NCBI RefSeq assembly: GCF_001194135.2
Contig: NC_068987.1
Location: forward strand, 9,789,041-9,832,266
Length of the DNA: 43,226 bases
Direction of reading: 5' to 3'
Source of the DNA: Octopus bimaculoides
Taxonomy: Eukaryota
Shown piece by piece: positions 1 to 13,200 of this stretch. The notes under the pieces were generated by a model. The model had not been told where the DNA came from. It did not search any database and saw only the letters and a list, made by a program, of their open reading frames with translations. Position 1 is the first letter of the stretch. Every line of letters starts with the position of its first letter. A program made the position numbers and the translations under genes.

Positions 1-223
1 TATTGACCACAAGGGGCTAAACATAGAGGGGACAAACAAGGACAGACAAAGGGATTAAGTCGATTACATCGACCCCAGTGCGTAACTGGTACTTGATTTA
101 TCGACCCCGAAAGGATGAAAGGCAAAGTCGACCTCGTCGGAATTTGAACTCAGAACGTAACGGCAGACGAAATACCGCGATGCATTTCGCCCGCCGTGCT
201 AACGTTTCTGCCAGCTCGCCGCC
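1..223 (-). mobile_element. tRNA-derived SINE, family A (working name), tail type 1
   Basis: Reverse complement reads GGCGGCGAGCTGGCAGAAACGTTAGC...GTTCTGAGTTCAAATTCC (A/B-box-like head), then GCCTTTCATCCTTTCGGGGTCGATAAA and the tail CCCTTTGTCTGTCCTTGTTTGTCCCC; close copies at 30716 and 40400. Confidence 0.9.
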
Positions 224-348
224 TGAAAGAGAGAGAGATATAGACAAAGAGACATTTACCTGGTGACAATATTGTCTGGATGATGTCCACCTGTATTATC
301 CGTACGTCCATTCATGTATCTACTTCGCAATGCCGTGAAAATATTATC

Positions 349-452
349 AGGGGTCGATAAATTAGATCGGTTCCAGTTGCACACTGGGATCGATCTAATC
401 GATTGGCCCCGCTCCCCTAAAATTTCGGGCCTTACACCTAGAGTAGAAAAAA
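349..452 (+). mobile_element. 5'-truncated SINE family A, tail type 2
   Basis: GGGGTCGATAAA...CTGGGATCGATCTAATCGATTGGCCCC...AATTTCGGGCCTT...AGTAGAAA matches the copies at 9724 and 14821. Confidence 0.8.
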
Positions 453-1796
453 TATATATCTGTTTTAACTCTCTCTTCATCACTTATTTATTTGTAAATA
501 TTTAACTGTTATTTTGCAGTCTGTATTTCTCTTCAAGTCTTCGAAAATCTCGGTTTCGTTAAGCATGCAAATCTTGTATTCTAAACTTCGTCTTCATTAA
601 TTTAAGGTTTCCTACATCTTATATTCAGGATTCCTGTTGTTTCTTTTCAATATATGTTCATTATCCTAAATATGGCCTTCCTTAGTGCATAAGCCAACTC
701 TGCGACCACTCTATTGTCTACGTTTGTTTAATAGTTTACAACTCATTTGCATAATGTTGAAACCTTTTGTTCATTATTAATTGAAATTGCTTCTCTGTCG
801 TCTCAATCTCTTCAAGACATGGCTTTAGTAACGTCTTCATATCTGATAGGCCTTTCACAAGTTGTCTTTGTCTTCTACAAAACTTCCAGCCATTTTGCTG
901 ATTAATATGGTGTTAGGTGTCCACCCCAGCACCATCTTTGTTTCCTATCACTAAAGTCCTGATCTCTCCTAACCCCAATATCTAGTTGTTTCAATATATT
1001 GATACTTTCATGCGAAATTAAATTTTATGGTTATTCCAGTAATGAAATCTACCAAAAAAAAAAAAAAAGAAAAAAATAGAATTAGCATTTTGTATAAGTT
1101 TCGATAAACTTAACATAACAAAAATTGGTTTCAAATATGACATTCCTATAGTTGGGCAAATATAACAGCTTTCTGAAATGAAGGGTTAGGAGATTTTGAG
1201 TGGATATATCTACTTTCCGCAGTGAAAGGGTTAACAAGATTACAAATGTCTTTGTTTTTTTCCCTTCTCTGTTATGAACCAATGTTCAATCACAAATGGT
1301 TGCAGTGTATGAATTAAGGAGTTGCATTCCCTCCATAAGAATCCAAGTCCAGCCATAATTTGCTCCAGCGGGGTTGGTTCGCATCCTGTTGCAGCAACAA
1401 TCATAGCCATGATGCTAATAGTGTATCTTGGGTACTGGACTTCGAATTTGAAAACACCTTATCAATGGTCCGTAGACAAGAAGTATTTCAAGGCTTCTTG
1501 CCAATAGAGAAAGAGCCAGTTTCTAACCTAGATACAAGGCTCGTTCACTGGAATTTCACCCAAATCAACAAGGAATTTCTGCATGCATATGTACATATGT
1601 GCAGTATTTGGAGTCAATGTATGTGTAGATTTGTATGTTTTGTTTTATGTATGTATATATTCTCAGGCATATAGTTGCATGTCTAGACATGCGCATAGAT
1701 ACTTAAATGATAAACTTCTGGAAAATATTACAAATATTTACAATTCCATTGACAACTTGGATTTGTAACCTCCGTATCAGCTTTTCTCCTTTCTGG

Positions 1797-1804
1797 TATG
1801 TATG

Positions 1805-1838
<34 letters not shown>

Positions 1839-1914
1839 TGTATATATATATGTATGTATGCATGTATGTATGTACCTCATAAGTTATTCTTGTACGTCAA
1901 TTGCTTTTCCTTTC

Positions 1915-1943
<29 letters not shown>
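1797..1943. repeat. (ATGT)n-rich microsatellite
   Basis: Direct reading; two ATGT tracts separated by unique sequence. Confidence 0.9.
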
Positions 1944-1945
<2 letters not shown>

Positions 1946-2219
1946 GAGAAACAACTTTGAAAGTAACTTTAGATAGGAACGATTCCAAGCGGAAATACAG
2001 GATATGATATTTTCAAAATATATCTTATCCTGTCTTTTAAAGTAATAACTTGGAATCTGAAACATTATTAAATGTGATATTTCTCGAAACACCAGTCATT
2101 TATTTCATATATTTTCGAGTAGTAACCATGGTCTCTTTAAACTGAGAAATAGACCAAACGTGCAAACGAGAAAGATGAACGACCAAAGAGAGTAAGAAGA
2201 ACCAAGCCACAGATAGAAG

Positions 2220-2560
<341 letters not shown>

Positions 2561-3859
2561 TACACAAACCCCACACAAATAAGAGTCTGTCTGTCTCTTT
2601 CTCTTTCTCTCTCTCTCTCTCTCCCTCTCTCTCTCTTTCTCTTTCTGTTTGTTTATCCACCTGTCCACACAACCACATACATTTACAGAAACACACACAA
2701 ACAGGATATAATGAACGATGTCGTCCTTAAAATACCTTAAGATAATGCATTAGACACTTTCGATCATGGTTCTGCTTGATCGGCACTGAATGGCAGAAGT
2801 GAGGTGGGGCGGTTTAACCAACAACAACAACAACAACAACAACGTCAAAATGCAATGCATGCAAAATACAGCGCATGGAAAATCTTGCAGCTTGTAATAA
2901 GCATAAATGCCATAAAACAGAAAAAGAACTTGAAATATGGAATATGACGTCATGTTATACATGTGTGTATACGTTTATGCGTGCGTTATACATGTCATAC
3001 ATGTGTGTAGATGTTTATGCATGCATGCGTACCGTGAAAATAAAATGCAAATTGCTACTTGAATTATATTCTGTCCCCTTAAGGAAATAAAATTTTCTTT
3101 GGAATATATGCTAAACATTTGGTTGACGAAACTGCATATATTTTTTCTTATCGCATTGCAGCTTTTTAGAATAATGTTATTGATTAAATTAGATATAGAT
3201 TATATTTTGCTGATGAATTAGTTTTCTTCTCTCTAGTTGCTTGTATCAGTGAAATTCGGAAATTTAAAATTATTAAAAAAATTTCTTGAATATTTAAAAT
3301 AATAATTACAAAACTCAAGGCACGAAAATTTGTTTAAATATGCATACGGAGCATATTGGGGAAGAATTTTAGCAATTGAATCAACCCTCAGATCTTAACA
3401 GAACTTTTCTTTCCATATAACTCCCGGAGAATGAAAAGCAATATCTACTTTAAACGGAATAAAGGAAATAACAACTTGGATTTGGTTTCTGACTTCAGAA
3501 CAGCAAAGTTTAAACATAAGATGCGTATATTGACATAAATAGTAAGACATCAGGGTATATATATATATATATATATNNNNNNNNNNNNNNNNNNNNNNNN
3601 NNNNNNNNNNNNNNNNNNNNNNNNNNNNNNNNNNNNNNNNNNNNNNNNNNNNNNNNNNNNNNNNNNNNNNNNNNNNNNNNNNNNNNNNNNNNNNNNNNNN
3701 NNNNNNNNNNNNNNNNNNNNNNNNNNNNNNNNNNNNNNNNNNNNNNNNNNNNNNNNNNNNNNNNNNNNNNNNNNNNNNNNNNNNNNNNNNNNNNNNNNNN
3801 NNNNNNNNNNNNNNNNNNNNNNNNNNNNNNNNTATATACATACATGTGTGTGTGTTTGT

Positions 3860-4070
3860 AACTGTGTGTCCTCCCCACTACTGCCTGCGAACCGGTTTGG
3901 TTGTGTTTACGTCCTTGTAGCTTCGCGGTTCGTCAAAAGAGATGATAGAATATGTGCCTGGCTTAGAAAAAAAAAGTACTGGGATCGATTCATTTAACAA
4001 AAAATTCTTCAAGGCGGTGCCCCAGCTTGGCCGCCGTCTTCTGACTGAAACAAGCGAAAGATAGAATATT
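3860..4070 (+). mobile_element. SINE family B (working name), 3' module, diverged
   Basis: GTGTTTACGTCC...GCGGTTCGTCAAAAGAG...GATAGAAT...AAGGCGGTGCCCAGC...GACTGAAACAAG matches the 3' half of the copy at 24157. Confidence 0.8.
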
Positions 4071-4648
4071 TGCATTTGCTTGAGAAAGGTTTTTTTTGCG
4101 TATATATTTAAGGATGTCAATGTGGTTTGCTTGTGTGTGTGTGTGTGTGTGTGTATTTATGTACGTATGTATGTATTCTGAAGCGAGGAATGACTTACGA
4201 CTGTGTGAACGTGTTGATTCATTATGTGTAAAAGAAAACATTCTCAAATGATATAATGAATAATATATCTTTATGTCTGCGTGTGTATGTGCGAGTGTAT
4301 GTGTGTGTATGTGCGAGTGTATGTGTGTGTATGTGCGAGTGTATGTGTGTGTCCGTTTGTGTGTGTCTGTGTGTATGGTCATTTATTACACACATATTCA
4401 TACGTGGATGTGGATATAGATGAATATAGCGAAGGGGCGTACAAAAACAATTCCTTTTACTTTCATGCAATCTAGTTTTCATAGTCGCTATTACTACTTC
4501 CTCTCTGTTTCTCTCATTCTACTTCCCACTCACTCTCTCTTTCTCTCTTTTCTTCCATCAATATCTGTCTTTATAAATACGTAACAGTAGGCATATAAAT
4601 AGATAGATATCTATCTCTGCATAACCGCCTCTCACTCTTTATCTCTTC

Positions 4649-4691
<43 letters not shown>

Positions 4692-5157
4692 ATCTCACGT
4701 TTCTCTCTCTTTCTCCCCCCCCCTTAACCAAGCAGTTTTTCTTTCTTCTATTTACTGGTGACAGATTTATTTTCTTTTAATCTGTCACACTTGAGTGTGT
4801 CCAGAAGCAAACCTTGACTATGTTTGGTCAGGAAACGGAAGCCAGACTCCAACCAATTATCTCTCCAGCCAACACCGATTCGTTTCACCTATCAGCGCAC
4901 AAATGGTAAGTGTTTTAGAGTGGTAGCATGTTTCCAGCAATAAAGGTTCCGAACTGGTTTCCATTTCTAACTATGCCAGTAAGACAGAGTGATAAACAAA
5001 ATATTCCGCCTGAATTTATGTCTTACAGTATTATAACTTTATGCCTTACATTATTAAAATATAATTTCTCTTGCACTGTTTGAAACCACCTTCTAGTTAA
5101 TACATCATTTTAGACAGAAATACCGTTCGAAAATGCATCACCTTTTTCACTTGAATA

Positions 5158-5215
5158 TGTACTCTGGCCAGTGCATTTGCCCTCTGGCCAGTACATTTGT
5201 ACTCTGGCCAGTAAA
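5158..5215. repeat. 20-bp tandem repeat, about 3 copies
   Basis: CTCTGGCCAGT recurs with period 20 (blocks at 5161, 5181, 5201). Confidence 0.9.
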
Positions 5216-5220
5216 TTGAA

Positions 5221-5736
5221 ATGTTGGAGAACTTTTTGCACCTTAAACTGAACGGGTTGGACACCGAACATCTAAGGTTTCAACAGGACGGAGCCACGAC
5301 TCACACAGCACGACTTTCGCTTGGAGTGTTGAGGGAAATGTTTCCTGGGCATATGATTTCATTGAGAGGAGACATAGGGTGACCGGCAAGGTCACCAGAT
5401 TTAAGCCCTTGTGACTTTCTTCCTTGGGGATACCTAAATGAAAAAGTTTTCCGACATCGTCCTCGAACTCTTGAGGATTTGAAAGAAAAGATTCGTGAGG
5501 AAATCAACGCAATACCACCTGAGATGACACGGAGAGTCAAGGATAACTTTCGGGAACGACTGCATCAATGTATTGCCAACAACGGCCGCCATTTTTCCTA
5601 ACATAGTTTATAAAACCCAGTAAAATAAACTGTTTTTTATGTATTTTTCAGAAACATATAATAAATTTTATCGTCGATGGTGGTGTTCACTTTTAATAAT
5701 CATTCATAATGTGGGAGATCTTTATGCTCCACCCTG
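5221..5736 (+). mobile_element. 5'-truncated Tc1/mariner element with DD41D-type transposase pseudogene (coding remnant 5221-5601)
   Basis: Translation from 5221: MLENFL...FQQDGATTHTA...ISLRGDIG*PARSPDLSPCDFLPWGYLNEKVF...ANNGRHFS*; 41 residues between QQD and PCD aspartates; in-frame TGA at 5380; probable right TIR ending CACCCTG at 5736. Confidence 0.9.
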
Positions 5737-5798
5737 CATATGCTTATGTGTATATGTATGTGCATGAGTGCGCGTTCGTATGCGTGCACGTATGTAAA

Positions 5799-6198
5799 GC
5801 GGCGTGACTGTATGGTTGAGAAGTCCGCTGCGCGACGACTTGGTTTCAGGTTTAGCCTATTGCCAGACATTTTGAGTAAATGTCTTTTACTATAGCTCCG
5901 AGTGGACCAAGGCATGGTTAGTGAATTTGGTTGACGGAAACTGCGAGGATGCTCATCGCATATGAGTGTGCCGTGTGTTTTTCCCTTCTATCACTCGATA
6001 GCCAGTGTTGGTTTGTTTTCGTCCCCATGGTTTAGCAGTTCGGCAAACAAAAACGATGGAATAAGTACCAGATTTAGAAAACAAATTGTGCTCGGTGTTG
6101 ATTTAATCGACTCAAACCTTCAAAATAGTTCTCCAGCATTGCCGTAGTCCAATGACTAAAAATAGTAAGAGAATAAAAGAACAAAAGAATAAAAGAAT
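5799..6198 (+). mobile_element. SINE family B, full length, old and diverged
   Basis: Head, CORE-like block, GGTTGACGGAAACTG, 3' module and AAAAGAAT tail are colinear with the copy at 24157. Confidence 0.75.
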
Positions 6199-6511
6199 GT
6201 AAGAATTCGTACTAACAATGTAGGGAAGTGAATTCTATTGTATTGCATATTCTAAGAATATACAAAGAATGTTAAGAATACATGAGTTTGGTGTGTTAAA
6301 AGACAGAAAAGAAAGTGCCAGAGAACAATATTTGGAAACCTAGTTTATTCATTATACTAATTGCGGCTTCCGCTGTAGTTGTTGCTTTTGTTGTTGCTGT
6401 TTTGGTAGTGGTGGTGGTACGAGTGTGGTTGTGGTAGCGTTGTAGTTGTCAAAATCCTTGCTTCCATATATAACTCTTTTATTAAGCAGACACATAAGCA
6501 TTAAGATTCAT

Positions 6512-6584
<73 letters not shown>

Positions 6585-6594
6585 NNNNNNNNNN

Positions 6595-6666
<72 letters not shown>

Positions 6667-6781
6667 AAATCATGTAACATATTATCACACAAAGAGACGC
6701 ATATAACCACACGTAACTTTATACATACATACAAGCATGCATGCATCCATCCATACATCCATATATACATACATATTTATA

Positions 6782-6831
<50 letters not shown>

Positions 6832-8169
6832 NNNNNNNNNNNNNNNNNNNNNNNNNNNNNNNNNNNNNNNNNNNNNNNNNNNNNNNNNNNNNNNNNNNNN
6901 NNNNNNNNNNNNNNNNNNNNNNNNNNNNNNNNNNNNNNNNNNNNNNNNNNNNNNNNNNNNNNNNNNNNNNNNNNNNNNNNNNNNNNNNNNNNNNNNNNNN
7001 NNNNNNNNNNNNNNNNNNNNNNNNNNNNNNNNNNNNNNNNNNNNNNNNNNNNNNNNNNNNNNNNNNNNNNNNNNNNNNNNNNNNNNNNNNNNNNNNNNNN
7101 NNNNNNNNNNNNNNNNNNNNNNNNNNNNNNNNNNNNNNNNNNNNNNNNNNNNNNNNNNNNNNNNNNNNNNNNNNNNNNNNNNNNNNNNNNNNNNNNNNNN
7201 NNNNNNNNNNNNNNNNNNNNNNNNNNNNNNNNNNNNNNNNNNNNNNNNNNNNNNNNNNNNNNNNNNNNNNNNNNNNNNNNNNNNNNNNNNNNNNNNNNNN
7301 NNNNNNNNNNNNNNNNNNNNNNNNNNNNNNNNNNNNNNNNNNNNNNNNNNNNNNNNNNNNNNNNNNNNNNNNNNNNNNNNNNNNNNNNNNNNNNNNNNNN
7401 NNNNNNNNNNNNNNNNNNNNNNNNNNNNNNNNNNNNNNNNNNNNNNNNNNNNNNNNNNNNNNNNNNNNNNNNNNNNNNNNNNNNNNNNNNNNNNNNNNNN
7501 NNNNNNNNNNNNNNNNNNNNNNNNNNNNNNNNNNNNNNNNNNNNNNNNNNNNNNNNNNNNNNNNNNNNNNNNNNNNNNNNNNNNNNNNNNNNNNNNNNNN
7601 NNNNNNNNNNNNNNNNNNNNNNNNNNNNNNNNNNNNNNNNNNNNNNNNNNNNNNNNNNNNNNNNNNNNNNNNNNNNNNNNNNNNNNNNNNNNNNNNNNNN
7701 NNNNNNNNNNNNNNNNNNNNNNNNNNNNNNNNNNNNNNNNNNNNNNNNNNNNNNNNNNNNNNNNNNNNATATATATGTACTAGCGCACACGCACATACAC
7801 ATATATATATACCTACATATATATGTGTGTCTCTATGAATTTGTGTATGTATGTAGATAGGTAGGTATGTATGCATGTATGTATGTATAAATGTTCCCTT
7901 CTGTTTTCTGAAGCTCCACCGTCGAAATGTAGATAACAATGACAAATGTTGAACATGATGAATGTCTTGCATATTTTTATTGTTCCGCTTACAGATTGTA
8001 TTTGGTTCCTTTATCTGAAAACCCCAGTTTATCCAGATTGTTACTTAGGTATTTACAAAATCAAATATACCAATTCTTATCGATATAAATGCGAATTTAT
8101 AATCCGGATATAGAAGCTTGAGATTTCGAAGCAGTTGTCTGTCTGTCTGAATGTCTGTCTGTCTGTATG

Positions 8170-8202
<33 letters not shown>

Positions 8203-8877
8203 TGCATGTATGCATGTATGTATTTATGTATGTATGTATGTATGTATGTATGTATATATGCACGTATGTATGTAGGTAGGTTGGTAGACAGGTATGTAGT
8301 TATTGCTCTATTGTCTAAATACCATATGTAGTACACCGATGTCCTATCGTCTGAGAAAGAATTACCAATTATTTGGATTGAACTGTTTCAGTTCTTGTAC
8401 GTTAGTTCCTGCCCCGCCCCCCTCTCTCTCTCTATTGTCCGTGGAAAAAGTGGGGAGATGTGGGAGTGCAAAAGAAAGAAACAAAGAAAGAGAGGGAGGT
8501 ACGAAGATTGTCAAAGCGTTGATGCTTCCCTTCATTTTCATTCAGTTAGCGTTTTATTCTTTGTCCATTGTGCCATCGCATCACCATTGTCCAGGCTCTT
8601 GTCTCCTTGCTTACACCGCTTGATATGGCTGTTTCTTTGCTGTTCGTCTTCTTATTGTCGTTATTATTCTTTTTCTTCTTGCTACTGTCACTTTGTTTTT
8701 AAAATGCTGGTTGGAGATGACTGTATATGCTTCACAATGTCTTTAAATTAAGACACATGTGTGAATTGTTTAATTATATTTCATGCTGCATGCATTAATT
8801 AACGTTAAGACACTGACTGGCCCGACTTTAAAATTTCGTGTGTAATGAGTTCTACTTCGAACATTTTTAATCAGAGG

Positions 8878-8879
<2 letters not shown>

Positions 8880-8937
<58 letters not shown>

Positions 8938-9520
8938 GAGAGAGGCAGACAGAGTCAGAGAGAGAGAGAGAAAATGAGAAAAAAGAGAAACAGTGAGAAT
9001 GTGTGTTTGTAAATGTCCGTATATGTCGGTGTGTGTATGTGTGTGCGTGTTTGTGTGTATTTGTGTCTGTGTGTTTTTGTGATCGTATTCGTGTGTGTAT
9101 TTATGTGTGTGAGTTTATATATGCGTGTGTGTGTATGCGTACGTATTTGCGAATGTTTTTATGTATTTTGTGTGTGTATATGTATTTGTAAATGTGCATG
9201 TGTATTTCTATGCGTATGCGGGGGGTATATATTTGTATTTGTGTCTTTGTAAATGTCCGTATGTGTATGTATTTGTGTGTGCAAGCGCACGCATATGTGT
9301 TTGTGAACGTGCGTGTGTATTTGTATTTGAGTGTGTGTGTGTGTGTGTGTGTATGCATGTGTGTTTGCAAATGTGCGTCTGTATCTGTATGTGTATGTGC
9401 GTCTGTGTATGCGAATATGCGTGTGCATATCTCTGTGTATGAATGTATTAGTGAATGTGTGCATGTATTAATGTGTGTACGTGTATGTGTTTGCGAATGT
9501 CTGTGTGTATTTGTGGGTGG
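8880..9520. repeat. (GA)n tract followed by a cryptic TG-rich simple repeat
   Basis: Direct reading. Confidence 0.9.
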
Positions 9521-9723
9521 GTGATTATATTCTGTATCGCTATCCAACAAGGTGACCCCTTAGGCTCTTCATATTTTTGCCGTGGCCAATCACTTCAATG
9601 TGAAAGGAATTTCATCAGAACTTAACGTTGAGTACTTAGACTTTGTGTCCATTAGACGAGAGAAGAATGATCTGACTTGCGCAGTCGAGCTTTCTTATCT
9701 CACGCCAGATTTAAACCTTAATA

Positions 9724-9915
9724 TTCTTTTCTACTCTAGGCACAAGGCCCGAAAGTTTTTGGGAGTGAGCCAGTCGATTAGATCTACTCCAGTACGCAAC
9801 TGGTACTTAATTTATCGACACCGAAAGGATAAAAGGCAAAGTCGAACTCGGTGGAATTTGAACTCAGAACGTAACAGCAGACGAAATACCGCTAAGCGTT
9901 TCGCCCGGCGTGCTA
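9724..9915 (-). mobile_element. SINE family A, tail type 2
   Basis: CTTTTCTACTCTAGGCACAAGGCCCGAAA...GGAATTTGAACTCAGAACG...TTCGCCCGGCGTGCTA. Confidence 0.9.
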
Positions 9916-9920
9916 GTGCT

Positions 9921-10067
9921 CCATTAGTACTTATTTTATCGACCACGAAAGAATGAAACGCAAAGCCGACCTCAGCAGTATTTGAACTAAAGAAGTAAAG
10001 AGCCACAAGAATCGCCTGGTAACCATTTTAGCCAACGTGCTAGCGTTTCTGTCAGCTCATCGCCTTA
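9921..10067 (-). mobile_element. SINE family A, diverged, tail-less
   Basis: TTTATCGACCACGAAAGAATGAAA...ATTTGAACT...GCTAGCGTTTCTGTCAGCTCATCGCC. Confidence 0.75.
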
Positions 10068-10080
10068 TTTGAGAGACATA

Positions 10081-10285
10081 TAATTCTTCCTACTATAGGT
10101 AAAAAGGATAAACTTTAGAGGGAGGGATCTACCTGATTACATCGACCAGGTGCTCATTTGGTGCTTATTTTATTTACCCTCAAAGTGATAAAAGGGAAAG
10201 CCAACTTGAGTAATATTTAAACTAAAATAAAAAAATTAAAGAAAAGCAAAGCGCGACACACGATTTTGCCAGCATCGTCGCTTAA
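10081..10285 (-). mobile_element. SINE family A, tail type 2, heavily diverged
   Basis: TTCCTACTATAGG...GATTACATCGACC...GATTTTGCCAGCATCGTCGC colinear with family A. Confidence 0.55.
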
Positions 10286-11280
10286 TCAAGCTACATATAA
10301 TAATAATAATTTTTCTATGTCTATTAACACATGAGACATTAAAACTGCATAATCCACTTTTGTAATATGACTTCAAATACTTTTAATGAAAACTGGTTTG
10401 TTTGTTTATTTACATTTTACGTAGACAAGCAAATAGAAATATTGCTTATTAGCTTAAAACAGACTGGTGTCTGCTGGCAGTAATTAAATGAACCCGGACT
10501 TAGACAAAATCTATTGCGATAGATTACTAACTGATTACAATGTATACACATTTATACACGCTTATAATTATACATACGTACGTGCTTACGTAAGTACATA
10601 CATACGTACATATTTATATCCGTACATAAGCAGTCACATAAATGCACACATACAATAATACATGCATGCATACACACACACATATATTTAATATGTATAT
10701 ATAAACATAAATATAAATATATAAGGAATAATTACTATGAAGCATTGTGTAATATATATATATATATAAAAACCATTCTTTTTTCTATGCCGGGAATGGA
10801 ACCCCAATTCACCTTGGTGAAAACCAAATTATTATCTCCGGTCAATACATTTTATACGTGTCATTGTAATTTCTATTAATTCGGAATATGTTGCCTATGT
10901 TATTCAGTACGTCAGCTTATTGGTGTAGTTTAGCCCTAGGATAGAATTGACGTTATCGACCATATCTTAGATCAAAGGACCATAATTGTCTTTCCAGTCA
11001 TAGTTTATTCTAGACTACATTGTAGAATATGTCTTTGCTTCCGCTGTCATTGTTGTCGTTATTCATGTCGTCGCCTTTTGATCTTACATACCTATTATGA
11101 ACGACATCAAATCTATAAATTTTCTGTCTTCTTTTTCAATAATGGTAAATGCCAGTTTACATTAACCAAAGTATTCTTTGCCAAGAAAGTTGCGGATAAT
11201 TTCCGAAGAGATTTGACTGGTATTTCTAGAAGTCGAACGACCGCGTAGAGATGAGATCATCAATGAGTTAGCATTAAAAT

Positions 11281-11500
11281 GGAGAGCTGGTAGAACCGTT
11301 AACCTGCCGGGCAAAATAACTAACTGCACCAGATCCGTATTTACGTTCTGAGTTCAAATTTCACCGAGGCCGATTTTGCATTTCATCCTTCAGAGGGGTC
11401 GATGAAATAAGTGCCAGTTGAGCACGGGGGTCGATGTAATCCACAAGCCCCTCTCCTTCAAGCGGTCAGGCGTTGTGCCTACAGTAGAAAGGATTATTAT
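11281..11500 (+). mobile_element. SINE family A, tail type 2
   Basis: GAGCTGGTAGAACCGTTA...GTTCTGAGTTCAAAT...GTGCCTACAGTAGAAAGGATTATTAT. Confidence 0.85.
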
Positions 11501-11516
11501 CAATGTGTAAGACGAT

Positions 11517-11668
11517 GCGCTGGCGGAAGCGTTAGCACGCCGGGCGAAATGCTTAGCGGTATTGCGTCTATCTTTACGTTCTGAGTTAAAATTCCACCGA
11601 GGTCGACGTTGCCTTTCGTTCTTTCGACGTCGATAAAATAAGTACCAACCAAGTACCGGGATCAACTT
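11517..11668 (+). mobile_element. SINE family A, 3'-truncated
   Basis: GTTAGCACGCCGGGCGAAATGCTTAGCGGTATT...CGAGGTCGAC...GTCGATAAAATAAGTACC. Confidence 0.85.
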
Positions 11669-11724
11669 AGTCCCAAAAACTGCTGTCCCCGTGTCAAAAC
11701 GGGAAACCATTTTTAACTTACTAT

Positions 11725-11850
11725 GAGGGTGGTGAACTGGCAGATTGGTTAGAACCTCCGAAAAAATGCTTTGTGTTATTTGTTCCAGCTCTTTACGTTT
11801 CTGAGTTCAAATCTCATTGAGGACAGCTCTTTTGTTTCAGGGTCGATATG
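11725..11850 (+). mobile_element. SINE family A, head fragment, diverged
   Basis: GGTGAACTGGCAGA...CTGAGTTCAAAT...GGGTCGATA. Confidence 0.65.
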
Positions 11851-11879
11851 TAGGATGTTCGCGCATATATGTATGTATT

Positions 11880-11910
<31 letters not shown>

Positions 11911-13200
11911 AGGTATGTATGTATTTATGAAGGTATGTATGTATTTTATGTATGTATGTATTTATGTATGTATGTTTGTATTTGTGTATGCATGTATGAA
12001 TGTATTTATGTATTTATACATACATGTATGTATGCCTGTGAATTTTCGTATGCGTGCATTTCAAAAACGTATTTGCAAACTAATGACTGAGGGAATATGG
12101 AGAATATATTTTTAGAAAGTAATTATTTTATTGAAATTAATGTGAATGTTGACATCTTGTAATGTCCAGCAATTTTCACGTAATCAGGTTGATAATTACT
12201 AATTACTAATCACAATGAGAATTGTCGAAATAGTTGTTAGTCATTCATGTTCGATATATTTTGATTTTGCATGATTCATGTGAGAAAAAGATGCTTCGTA
12301 CAAATATGGACTTTGAAAACATTAAAAAAATTCGATGATAAACATCCCTCGATTGTAGATACTTATTATAACTCAATAATCTCCACGTATCAGAATTCTG
12401 GTAGGTTTTTTTAAAACAATGTCGCTTTGTAAGCAATTAATCTGCACCTGTAAATCACCAATATTCCAATTCCATGTTATTTGCAACCAAATGGAAAGAG
12501 TACAAAAATCAAAAACAACTACAAAAAGCAACCAAAACAAAAAAACCTATTACAGAAATCTTATTAAAATCATTAATTTTTTTTAAAGAGGTAAAATAGA
12601 TTTTCTTAAAAAAAAATATGGAAAATCATAATTAACATAGCTTTTACTCGAAGTTATACTCATTTTATCAGACCCATTTTTAATTATTAAAACTGTGATA
12701 TTTTTGGAAAAGCTGATTTTTCCGCAAAAACAATTTCATTTTAAAAGAATTTGTGGAAAAGATCTTGACAATAATATTTCTATTATTACTTTGTAATGCA
12801 ATATTCAGTTCATTTCGCTTTGACGTAATATTTGTTAAAAATTGCTATGTTTAGGAGCCATTCCTTGCCTTCGAATAAAGTGATATTTTTATAACAATTA
12901 ACAGGTCAACACACTTTATTGGTCAACTATCAAATAAACAATTAGAAAATTTTTGTTTGTGGGCGACCCAGAAATCATAAAGCATGAATGAAAATAATCA
13001 ACAAAAATTTAATTTTTTTTTCCGTTCACACATCTTACAGAGTTCTGTAATAAATAAAAACAACTTTAATTTAAGGAATAGTCCATAGATTAAAAAACTC
13101 ATTCTTATAAGAATCTCTTTATTAAATAGGTGATAACTTACAACTGTTCAACATTTTCCTCTATTCTATATTCTGGTATCCACCGGATAATCGGATGTTA

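Noticed and set aside
520-1000. Possible decayed LINE on the minus strand (SAKWLEVL...RPIRYEDVTKAMS)
   Set aside because: Many stops and only a vague resemblance; cannot be supported without a search
1322-1674. Overlapping 61-aa and 104-aa ORFs in non-repetitive sequence
   Set aside because: No recognisable motif or clear splice signals; the 3' part runs into simple repeat
10905-11265. Possible further octopus interspersed repeat
   Set aside because: Only recalled similarity, single copy in the window, boundaries undefined
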